From a virus (Duplodnaviria > Caudoviricetes), in the IMG/VR virus record IMGVR_UViG_3300022689_000070, positions 1 to 52,458 of that record: a stretch of DNA of 52,458 nt; one strand, 5' to 3'. Below are positions 24,868-36,800 of the stretch, piece after piece (positions within the stretch are counted from its first letter, which is position 1; each line of letters begins with the position of its first letter). The position numbers and the translations under genes are program-made. The notes under the pieces are model-generated. The model ran no database searches. It was not told the DNA's origin and saw nothing but the letters and a program-made list of their open reading frames with translations.

Positions 24868-27800
24868 TGGCCGAAGATGATTATTTTTATCCTGACGACG
24901 AACAACAAAACCGGGGCATCCCGGTTTCTGTTTATAACGCGGCCAAGTTAAATCCTGACAAAGAAGCCCAGTCAGTCAAGCTTGCGCGTGAGCGCGGCCT
25001 TCCCTCCGATGTTGTTAGTCGTAACTACGATGAAGTAAAACGCAACTCTGTACTTGAGCAATTCCAGAAGATGGGTCTGGCTGACTCATCACCTAAAACC
25101 AATGAATGGATTAGCGAGCCTGACAACGCCAAGATAGCGTATGACGACATCGACAGTCTTGTGCAGATCGAAGACACCTTCAAGGACACTACGTCACTGT
25201 GGGAAGACTTAGGCACTGCGTTCACCAACTTCGGTGACACAACAAAACTCAACTTAGAGAACACCTTCCTTGGTGCTGGTGTTGCTGCTGCCGACATGAT
25301 GATTCCTGATAAGGAAGAATTTCAGACAGGCCTCGAGGGCGGTTTTCAGTCTGTCATGAAACGTGCGCTGGGAGGTTTGCCGTTACCTCAGAACTTCATA
25401 AAGAGCATGATCACTGCCGCAGAATCTGTTGGCATCTTCGAGGAAGAGGATCTGCTCCGCCTGAAGGACGACTACATCAACCTGACGCTGGAAGAGATAC
25501 AGGCAAACGAGAAAGAGATACAAGCACTCACGCCTGAAGACCTGAGCATGTGGCAGTCTGGTATTCGCGGCGGTATCCAGTCCGTGGTCGAGCAGGCCCC
25601 GGGCATGGCCATGTCGATGATCACCCGCAACCCGTCATGGATGCTGACGCCGATGGCCGCTACTGTGTATGCCCGTTCGTATGGCGAGGCACGCAAAGAA
25701 GGCTACGACGAAAATATGGCGGCGCTGTATGCAACGCTACAGGCTGGAACGGAATGGCTGACAGAAAAGATACCTGCAGACAAGTTTCTGAAGATACCCG
25801 GCCTGCAGGAAGGCTGGAAAAAGACCATGAACGAGGTCGGCAGTTTCTTTCTTACTGAGCAGATCACTGAGCAGGTGGCGACGTTCTCACAGTCACTGAT
25901 TGACTACGGCTTCGAGTTGGATGAAGAGCTTGCTCAAGCTGAGAGCATAGGCGACTGGATTGACATCTTTGGTACACGCGCTGCAGTCACTTCTATTGCG
26001 ACGTTAACCGGTACTGCTGTTCAGGGCGGCGCGGCTGTGGGTGTTGGCACCATAACAAACAAGTTCACCAAGAAGACAGGCCGTGACACGGTCGACACTG
26101 CCAAACACCTCAATGAACAGGAGCGCATCGACAAACTTATTGGACTGTTCCAGACCACCGCTGTTAAGGACCGTGACCCAGAATCACTGAGAAGCTTCGC
26201 CAAGAAGGTCAGCGAGGACACGCAGTCACAGGATGTGTACATCGATGCCAACCGGGTAGAAGAGCTTCAGGAGCAAGGCGTCATTCTGCCGAAGTCTATT
26301 ATGGACGAGTTGGAAGCAGCGCAAGAATCGGGTGACGACATTGCTATCCCGGCCAGCGACTTCTTTACCGACGTGGCCACCAGTGAAGAGCTGGCAACCC
26401 AACTGCGTGACCACATCAAACTGTCAGCTGATGGCACATTCAAGAACGACTTCATTCGCAACGACGGCTACCTGAATCAACTGTTGAAAGATGCTGAAGC
26501 AGATCAGGAAACATTCGACGAGTCACAGCGCATCTATAACGAGATACGTGACAAGCTCATTGCTACCGGTCGTCAGGGTTCGTTCACCTCCAAATATTCC
26601 GCGCAGATCATCCCTGCCTACATTACTCGCGCATCGAAAGAATACGGTGTGCCTGTAGCCAAACTGTACGAAGACATGAACTTCGACATTGTGGGTCCTG
26701 AAGGACGTCCTGCTGCTGGTACACCTTCCACGCAAATAGAGGACTTGACTGTTGGCGAAACTGCTACTTTCTATGACCCAAAAGGTGAGCCGGTTGATTT
26801 CACTGTTAAAGCTGTAAGCGATCAGGGTGGCGTCATTGTTGAAGATGAGAACGGCGAAGAGATATTGATTGGTGATGAGTATTCATTGGCCAGCGCTGCT
26901 TCAGGCGATTACGTGCTGGAGACCATGGAAGGAAAAACTGTCAACTCTCTTTCAGACGAGGAGCTTGATGCGGGTATAGTACGCACTCGTGAAAAGCTGC
27001 AGGCAAAAAAAGAAGCAGGTCAGTCTGTTGCTGGTATGGCGCGTGAACTCAACGCACTCACCATCGAAGCAAGACGTCGTGATGTTTCCCGTGGAACATC
27101 TGGCACCACCATCATGGACCAGCCCCCTGCATACAAAGAGGCGAAGGTTTTTTACGAGGAAGCGCGTGACGTATTCCTTGAAGCGCTCCCTGAAGATGCT
27201 GGTTTTGAAGACGTCATGGTCATGATGGATGACTTTAGTCCCGGCTATCAGAACGTCTTGATGCAGCTGCAGGAAAATGACTGGCTGGGTTTTGACTACC
27301 CGGCTCAAGCCATCTCTGCATTATTCAGCGAAGACATCGAGCAGTATGAAATATCACAAGGCCTGAAGGCTGCACTGGGCCGGGTTGTAAACGGCACCGC
27401 TCAGTTGTCACAGGAAGAACAGGTCAGCCTGTCTCAGGACGAGTTCATTGACTTCTGGAAAGACTGGGAGCAAAGCACTTACGAAATCCCATTTGCTGAT
27501 GGCATGCGTGCGGTCATGAACAATGAGATTAATGACGGCCAGAATTTCGCCATGATCGAGCTTGGCAAATGGAGTGACGGCATCATGCTTAAGTCGATCC
27601 TGTCCTCGCAGGCACGCCGTGGTAATGGTCAGGCTGGCCTTGATGCGCTAACCGACATGGCTGACAAGTACGGCATGAACCTGTACCTGCAGCCAGAGGC
27701 CTTCGGCACACTGGAAGGCAAGATGACCACCAAGCAACTCGAAAAGTGGTACAAGAAAGCTGGTTTTATTGAGCAGTCTAACGGTATCTTTAAAAGAGAG

Positions 27801-30800
27801 CCTGTGGCGACCTTAATGCAGGGCAGGGCTACTCAGGCATTAACTTACGAAGAGGTGCCGTCCAGACGCAAACCACGCAAGACAAGGAAGGTTTATAAGC
27901 TAATGCGTGTCCGCGCCTCACACCCGGGCATGTACTTCCCGCTTTACGCCAAACCAGAAGGCGGCGCCCTGACAGGGTTCACTGCTGGCAAATGGTTCAA
28001 GGCGGAAGTTAACAAGGTCCGTATTGGCAGCAAGGACTTGGCTCATCGCCCGGGACTCCATGGTGTGAACCTTCCTGTTTTCGATCAAGGCAAAGGAACG
28101 GTCAAAGGCCAGCAGCGTGTCTGGGTAGAAATTGAGATACCAGACATCAACACAAAGACTCAGAAAGAAAGCGACAACTCCGAGTTGCTTAAGAACGGTA
28201 TGCGTAAGGGCATTACTGATCGACTAATCGATGTCAACGAGTCCTACGATTACAAGACCAACCCAAACGCATCCAATGATGCTGGCGGCTGGCCTATCGC
28301 AGGCTCAATGAAAATAAATCGCGTAGTACCTGACAGTGAAATTGCACAGATACTGAAAGATGCCGGCTTGAGCAAACAGGTCGAGAACTCCATGACCCAG
28401 ATCGATGAGGGTAAGGCCGAGGCGTACAATCAGCAGCAGCCCGTCTCACTGCAGCAGGGCGAGTTCGATGAGTACGAGGGCAGCGACGTGGTCCTGTCAG
28501 ATCGCCGCGCTAATCACTTGATCGAATACTTTGGCGACAGGAGAAACAGTAACGCGCACATGATCGACATGGCACCGGAAGATTTCCTCGAGTTGGCTCC
28601 AAAGTATTTCGACTTCGACAAAGACACCGAGGAACGCATCGAGGCCGGCAAACTGAAACCAACCTTCGGCATGCTGGATGAGGAAGAGCTGAGAAACCTC
28701 AAGCAACCCATCTACCTGCTGGTTAAGAAAATCGGAGACAACAAGTTCAAGGTGCTGGGCCATGAAGGCCGTCACCGCATGTACGCACTGCAGGACGCCG
28801 GAATTCGCAACGTCCCGGTCGTGCTAATTAACTACGAATCCACTGACGTCATTGGTCCTAATCCAGTATTGGAACAGCAGAAAGGTTTGCTAGGTGACCG
28901 CACTGATACACTGACAATCCCGTCCGAGCCTGTTGCTATAAACGAAGACAACCGCGGTCAGATAATGAAGCGCTTTGGCGACACACGTCGTGGTCCGGTC
29001 TTGTATCAACGCCCGAAGTACAAGGTGAAAAAGAACTCCAAGGGCAAGTACATGGGTGCGCCGAACTGGGTTAAGAAACCAAGCGACCTAGCCAAGATCA
29101 GAAAACTCATGCGGGAACTGACCAAGCTGGGTGAAGATGGTCGTATGTGGTACGAGGACTCAGCTGCAACGATACTGAAAGCGGCTAACAATGATCCTGT
29201 GCTGGCTGAAAAGCTTATCCAGCTGGTGGCTATCTACTCTCCACAGAACAGCATTGCGCCGAACATGTCTCAGGCCATCAAAGCCTACAACCAGTGGGCA
29301 ACCGGGGTACCGAGAGATAAGTTCAATGTGCGTGCCTTCGGTGGTGTGGGAAAGGAAACACTCGACGATAAAGCCATCGCTGTGCTGTACGACAACACGG
29401 TATGGAGCGGCAGGAAGACGAACAGTTTCTACCTGAACCTGATGCACGAGATTGTGCAGCAAGTGGGCGAGAGCGGTCTGGATCAGTTAGCACTACCGGC
29501 TGACCTGCGCCAGAAGGTGGATGAGGTTGTCACCGTGGACTTGTGGGTGCGTCGTGCGCTGGGTTACGACAATGACATGACCTCCGACGACAAGGGGTCC
29601 GGCGCTTACTCATTCGCTGAGAATGAACTCACCCTAATCGCTGACGAGATGGGATGGAAGCCTCATCAAGTACAGGCCGCACTGTGGACCGGCATCAAAT
29701 CACGATACGAACACCCGCAGGTAAAGGCCGACACGATCGAGGAAAGCGTCAAGAAAGGCTACTCCGAGTACAAGAACAAGAAAGGTAAAGCTAAATGGTC
29801 CGCCCCAACCAGCGCAGAGAACAAGCGCCTGCACATGGAGTTGTGGCGTAAGCACGCACTGGCGCTGGACCCAGCTGTCGCCCGGGAGCAGGTAGCCGCT
29901 GCGAAGTTCTCTTTCTCAGACGCATTATCCGCTATGGTGGAAACCATCACATGGGAAGCTATCCCGGCCCCAGAGCTGGATACGGACATCATGAAGGCGC
30001 CGGCCATACTGCAGGCGGAGTTCACCGAGAAGGCCCGTCGTTTGCTGCTGGACGAGAATGGTAACGACCAGCTGGCCATGCTGGTAGGTGCGCCTATCGC
30101 GGCCTCCGAGGCAGGCACAGGCGGTTTTGAGGGCGCTATCAGCCCGAACAATATCACGACCATCATTCCTACCAAGCCTGTCGGCACGTACAGCAGGGAA
30201 GAGGTCAGCGCCTATGCCAGAGCCATCCAGTACATCTATCGACAGAAAGCGGTGCCATGGTCAAGAGCTGATGCCAATATCTCCTTTGCCAAGGACTACG
30301 GTGTGTACAAGCCGGGTGGCAAGCGAGCCATGCGTAAGTTCGATTCCTACGAGGAAGCCGTTGCCTACGCAAAAGGACTCAGCTACGAGGCCGAGGTTCG
30401 AGGTGGCAGCAACTACCGTGGCGTGGTTGTCACGTTTGAGGAGGCCTTGAGCGAGCAGGCAGAGGGGGATTTTTATACCCAATTACAGGATGTTTTTGGG
30501 GAATATGTCGGGTATACTAAGACGTCCGACAATGAAATATTGATCGGCAACTTCCGTGACGAGAACGGTATTCCGTTCATGATGTCGGATACCGAGTTCA
30601 CTGACGCAATAGGAGGATTAAACAGTGGTGTTAATTACCAAATCAGAGAGTCAAAAGAGGTTGGCCTCGAGGGTGACTACGGACCAGAGCAAGACTGGGT
30701 CGCAGATCCGAAAGGGGAAAGTCTCCTCGCTGGAGAAGGCCTCGCCGGATCACCCGATTTACAAGCGTGGCTTGATAATCGGTGGGAAGCATTCGGGCAA

Positions 30801-33800
30801 CTTATCGAAGAGTATTCCGGCGACTCACTCCAAGAAAAAGTAACCAAACTTGACGCGCCTGTATCTCAGGCGTCAGAAGCACAGCTGGCCGGGGAGCAAG
30901 AAGCCCCGGTCACGCTGAACCAATCAGAAGTAATCAGCTTATTCCAAGACCTTAACGAGGCACCGCTCAACCCGATGTTCGTGTCGGGCCTGCATCGCAT
31001 CGTCGAAAAGAAAGGTCAGCCCAAGGCCACCGGTCAGCAGTGGATCAAACTACTCGAGAAGTCTGGCGGCAAACCGGTCGAGATGGACTGGATCGGGTTC
31101 ACCTCATTCTTCGACAAAAACAAAAGCTACACCAAGGAAGAGGTGCTGGACTTTATCGAATCAAACGGCATCGATGTTGAGACCGTGTACCGTGCTGGCG
31201 GCATTGAAGACGTGGGGACTGGTGAGGCTTACGAAAGTCAGGTTGAGTTCTCTTACGGGTATGAAGAATTTGTCCCGTTTGAAGACACTGGATACGCTGA
31301 ACAGGTTGAGGACTGGCGCGATTACAACGTGCTGGAAGATGAGTCAGGCGAGAAAAACAATTACTTCATGGAAAACTATGAAGGTTACGAAGATGAATAT
31401 TATGTTCCGGCTGAAACTATGGCCGAGGCCGTTGATAAGTTTGAAGCAACACTAAACGAAGAACAGAAAAAAGAGCTTGAGCTGCATCTTAAAGGCCGCG
31501 CCGAAGAAGAGCTGCGAGAAAGATATAACGAAGAGCCTGATTCGTACACGAATATTACGGCAGAGGCTAACGAAGAGCAGTTCAATATTAAGGTTATATG
31601 GTCTCAAGGAGAAATGGAGATTTACTCCATTGACCTTGGTGGCGAAGGATACTTTGGAGGTGGTTTTGGCGAAATCAGCCGGTTTGATCGAGTCGAGATT
31701 GAGGGAGAGGTCTATTCACGTCTTGAGCAAATGGGCAAGATCAAGACAGAAAAGCAGATAGCAGAAGAGATGGAAGCCAAGGCAAGGGATGTTGATGGCC
31801 TGCCTTTCAACGTCATGGCAGATGACAAGTACGGCATAAGCTCATGGACCACACCCGGTGGTGATCGCTATCACGAAACCATCCTCACCATGCCTGACCA
31901 AATTGGCCCATTCAAACCCGACACGTATCACTTCACTGAGGAAGGCGGAGGCACCGCGGTAGCATGGCTTCGCTCTGACATCCGTGACAACGGGACTAAC
32001 TATTTCATTCAAGAAGTGCAGTCCAAGCGTGCGATGGAAGGTCGAGAGAGGGGCTTTATTGCATCAGAGCAGAAAATTAAAGAAGCCGAACAAGTGATGT
32101 TTGAACTGGCTAAAGAGGCTAATAGTATTGCCGCAGAAAATGACTACTTTGGTTATGACACGTTTGCGGCCTTCGCCACGGATGTGATGCAGGATAACCA
32201 GCGGCTAACGTGGTATGAGTGGATGGATACAACAGACCTCGAGCAAAAAGAAATTGATGCAATAACGGACTATTTTAAGCAAAGGGTTCGAGTGAGAGAT
32301 CTTCGTGAAGGTGACGTCCCTGACTTCCCGTTTAAGAAATCCGATCACTGGCAACTACTCACACTGAAAGCGGCTATTAGAAACGCCACCATGATGGGCG
32401 CGGATCATGTCACTTGGACCCCGGGCACCATACAGGCTGACAGGTATTCACTGCGGTCACAGGTTAATTCTATTCGCATAACTAACATGCAGCCCGAGTC
32501 CGACTACAGCAAGATTGTTGTGTTAAGCACTGAGCGAGGAGAGATTCGTCTAGCGGTCACGGAAGACGGCACCGTCACTAATTCTAACCGTGACCAGATC
32601 ACTACACCCCAGCCACTAAAAAGTGTAGTTGGTGTCGCAGTTGCTGAGCAGATCATGGAGCCTGTCACTCCTGAAAATTCATTCTTAAACAAAAGGCACA
32701 AAAAACTGGGGAGGCCAACCGGTAACTATGTGGAAGGAAAAAGGATTGAAAACATCTACGAAAAAGATGGAAATTTCTATTTTGACTTTGAAGGAAAAAC
32801 CTCTATTCCATTAATACCACCATCCGCCGACGCTAAACTCGACGATATTAAGAGAATGGTGCAGGACCCTGCTTATGCTTGGATAGAATACGAAAAAGGT
32901 TTTCCTAGCATGCGAACTGAAATTAGCGAAGCGTTTTTTAGGATTGCGAATGAACAAGCCGCATACGACGAAGCTGCAAAACTAAGAGAAATCAAACCAG
33001 AAGAAATGAAAGTCGGTGGCGAAGGACTCATCAACCTCTATGACAACATCCTGCCCAAACTGGCTAACAAGTTCATCAAGAAATTCAAGTCCAAGATCGA
33101 GGTGTTTGATACGTTCCTTGGTGACGACGGAAGCAAAGCGGTTACTGCCCCAATGATGGAAGAGGCTGGCTACGACAAAGACAACCTAGATAATCCTTTT
33201 AAGTTTATATCTGACGTGGAAAGTGAAGAGGTTACTCTTGTTGTCCGCAAGCCTGACGGAACGAGGTATCAGTCAGAGTTCGCTAACAGGGAAGCCGCTG
33301 AAGAGAAAGCAGCTCAAATGTTTAGGGAAATATTTTCTACAAAAACACTTGGCTTCCGCATCACGCCAGAAATGAAAGCAGCTGCATCAGAAGGGTTTGA
33401 ACTGTTTCAGGATAAGACGAAAGGTCCACGAGGCAAGATTGATCTCGACCCGGTGACCGGCGAGCGTGTGATTAACTTGCTGGCTGGCTCCGATCTGTCC
33501 ACCTTCCTGCATGAGTCCGGCCACCTGTTCCTTGAGATGGAGAAGGTGTTCGCTCGCAAGTACGGTGTGAACAAGCGACAGCAGGCCATACTCGATTGGC
33601 TGGGTGCGCCTAACTTCGATGCTATCGACCCTACTACCAAGGCTGGTGTTGAGATGCACGAGAAATGGGCCAGAGGTTTTGAGGCTTACCTGCGCGAAGG
33701 CAAGGCACCATCACTGGCACTGCGTGATGCGTTCTCAGCGTTCAAGCGCTGGTTGACCTACATCTACAAGTCAGTCCGTCAGCTGGACGTGGAAGTCTCT

Positions 33801-36800
33801 GATGAGATGCGTGACATCTTCGATCGCCTGCTGGCCACCGAGGAAGAGATTGCTATCGCTCGTAGTAACCCGGCTTTCATGCAGATGCCTGATACAGCAA
33901 AGACTGCCGGCATGAGCGATGAAGAGAAGATTGAAATGCAGAAGCAGGACGAGCGTGCTAAAGATAAGGCCGAGTCCACCCTGTTAGCCAAACTGCTCAA
34001 GGAGCTGAAGCAGCGCAAGTCAAAGGAATGGAAGGCAGAGAAGGATCCTCTTATTCAGGAAGAGAAAGAGCGGCTGAAGGAAGAGCCTGTGTATCAGGTG
34101 TTGATTGATGCGGCCAACGAGCCAATGGACTACGACACCATCAAGGAGATCGTCGGTGATGATAAGAAGGTCATGGGCAAGTTCATTGGTAAGACGCAGA
34201 AAGACGGCGTCGACCCAGAGGTCTATGCAGAAGCTTACGGCTTCAAGTCAGTCCGTGACATGGTTAATCAGATTGCATCCGTCCAGACGCTAAATAAAGC
34301 GGCTGAGCAGGCAGCTGAGGAACGAATGATAGCCAAGTACGGCGACATCATGAATGACGGCACCATTGAGGCCGAAGCGAGAGAAGCTGTGCATAACGAA
34401 GAACAAGCAAAACTGCTATTGAAGCAAATACGCGCTATGGGCAGGAAGGCCAAGCGTGCCCCGATTAACAGGGACCAGCTAAAGGCCCGGGCAAAGGATG
34501 CAATTGGTTCCATGGCGTTCGGTGAGATTCGCCCTGACCGTTACTACAGAAACGAGATACGTCACGCGCAGAATGCTGCCAAGGCCACCAATCAGGAAGA
34601 GATACTCAAGCACAAAACCCTGCAGCTGTATAACCACTACCTGTTCAAGGAAGCGTCCGCTGCCCGGGAGCAGGCTGAGAAGCATCGCAAGTACATCAAG
34701 GATGTGCAGACCCGTGACTACTCACCAAACACGGTACACCCGGATTACATCCAGACGATGAAGATGATTGCGAACATGTATGAAGCTGTGAAAGGCCGCA
34801 GCAAATCAGCTCGCAAGAAAATGTTGTCCGATGTCATCAGCTGGTATCGCGCCCAGTCCATCGTTAATCAGGAAGATGGTGAGATTAACGACGAGTTCAT
34901 ACAAGTTCAGCTGCTGGACCCGAACCTGATTGAAGCGCTGGATGCAAAGCTTGCCGAAGAGAAAGGCGATGGCAACGCGTACATCGATTTCGAGTTGCCG
35001 TTCTACAAAGACATGACCACCGAAGAGCTGAAGGGTGTATACGAAATGCTTAAGCATCTTCGCTATGTTGGTGGTCAGATGGGTGATGCTAGTAAGGCGC
35101 AGTTCCAGAAAGAAAAGGAAAAGCTGATCAAGAGCGTCGACAAAAACGGTGGCAAGGATAAACAAATTCCTGACGAGCCGGGTCGTTTTGATTCCGCCTT
35201 CAACAAGACAAAAGGATTCTTTCTTGAGCTGGTAAACCTGCGTAACCTGATTCGCAAACTCGACGGCATGAAGGAAGACGGTCAGGCGTTCCAGAAAATA
35301 TTCATGGAAGTGCAGGCAGGTAACGATGCCAAACTATTACTGACCGACCAGATGGCGGAGATGTACAAAGAGGTGTTGTCGGATCTTAATAACGTCAACA
35401 TAAAGAAAACAGATAAGGTCACTATTATCAAAGAGAGTGGCGAAGAGTTTACTCTGTCAGCTGAAGGTCGACTCATGCTTGCGCTGTACTGGGGAACGGA
35501 ATCATCTCAGGAGGCCATCATGCAAGGTCATAAGGTGACTGAGCAGGACGTGCAGGACATGCTGTCGTTTATGACCGAGGATGAATTGGACCTTGTTAAC
35601 CGCATTTGGCAACTAAATGAAGCGCTATGGCCGCAGATGTCCGAGCTATCTAAGGACCTGTACGGCGTCTCCCCGGCCAAGGTTGAGCCGGTCCCTTATG
35701 AGATAAATGGCGTGCAGTTAACCGGTGGCCACATGCGTTTGTTTTATGGTCAGACAACAGCAGAGCTGCAGACCGAGGAGCAGCAGTTGGTTGCTTCATC
35801 ACCCCTGTCACAGACGAAAGCAGGCTCACTACATGAGCGCGTTGGCTCCGGTGGTAAGCGCGTCATGCTAGACAAGAGCAACATCATCCGTGCGCTGAGT
35901 GAAAACATTCACGCGATCTCCATGGGTCGCGCTACCAAGAATATTGCACGCATGGTCAACTCCCGTGACTTCAAGGATATGGTGGTGCAGAAGCATGGCA
36001 TGCCTTTCTACGAAACCCTGCTGAAGACGCTGGACGGTGTGCTGACTTACAAGACTGAGTACGAGTCACAACAGTTTCTGGCCACCCTGTCCAAGATGGT
36101 CCGCACCGCTGCCACCATGAAGCACTTGGCATTCTCTATTCGCAACACGGCCCAGCAGTTATCCGCATGGCCCATTGCTGCAGAAGAGGTTGGTACTGCT
36201 GCGTTACTGAGAGCGTATACAAATATCGCTCAGGACATGGGTAAGATAAAAGAGATTGACGCCCTCTCACCGTTCATGAGAAACCGCGCTAAACTGGTTA
36301 ACCGTGAAGCGCGTGAGATGATGGATAAGATCAGTGACAACCCGGCAGTTGCCGCCTTTAAGAAAGCTGGCTTCTTACCACAGACAATTATGGATTCATT
36401 GATTGCTTACCCGGTATGGACTGCTCGCTTTGAACAGGCGATGAACGAACACGGCAATCAGGCTAAGGCAATCATCGCAGCTGACCAAGCAGTAGCGGAG
36501 TCAGTTGGATCAGGCTCCGACCTCCACCTGTCAGCCATGTTTCAAGAGAAGCGCACCGAGTTCATCCGCATGTTCACTCTCATGGGTTCGTGGTTTAACG
36601 CTTACTTCAACCGCATATACCGCTCTGCGAACCGAGGCGATCGAGTAATTGACAAAGAATTGTTTCTGGCCGCAGGAACGACCCCGCTGATCTCTGGTGT
36701 ACTGGCCGCACTGTTGATAGCTGACATGCCTGACGAAGATGATGACGAGGGCTGGGCAGAATGGACGGCGAAACAATACGGTAGTTTCCTGATGGGCACC

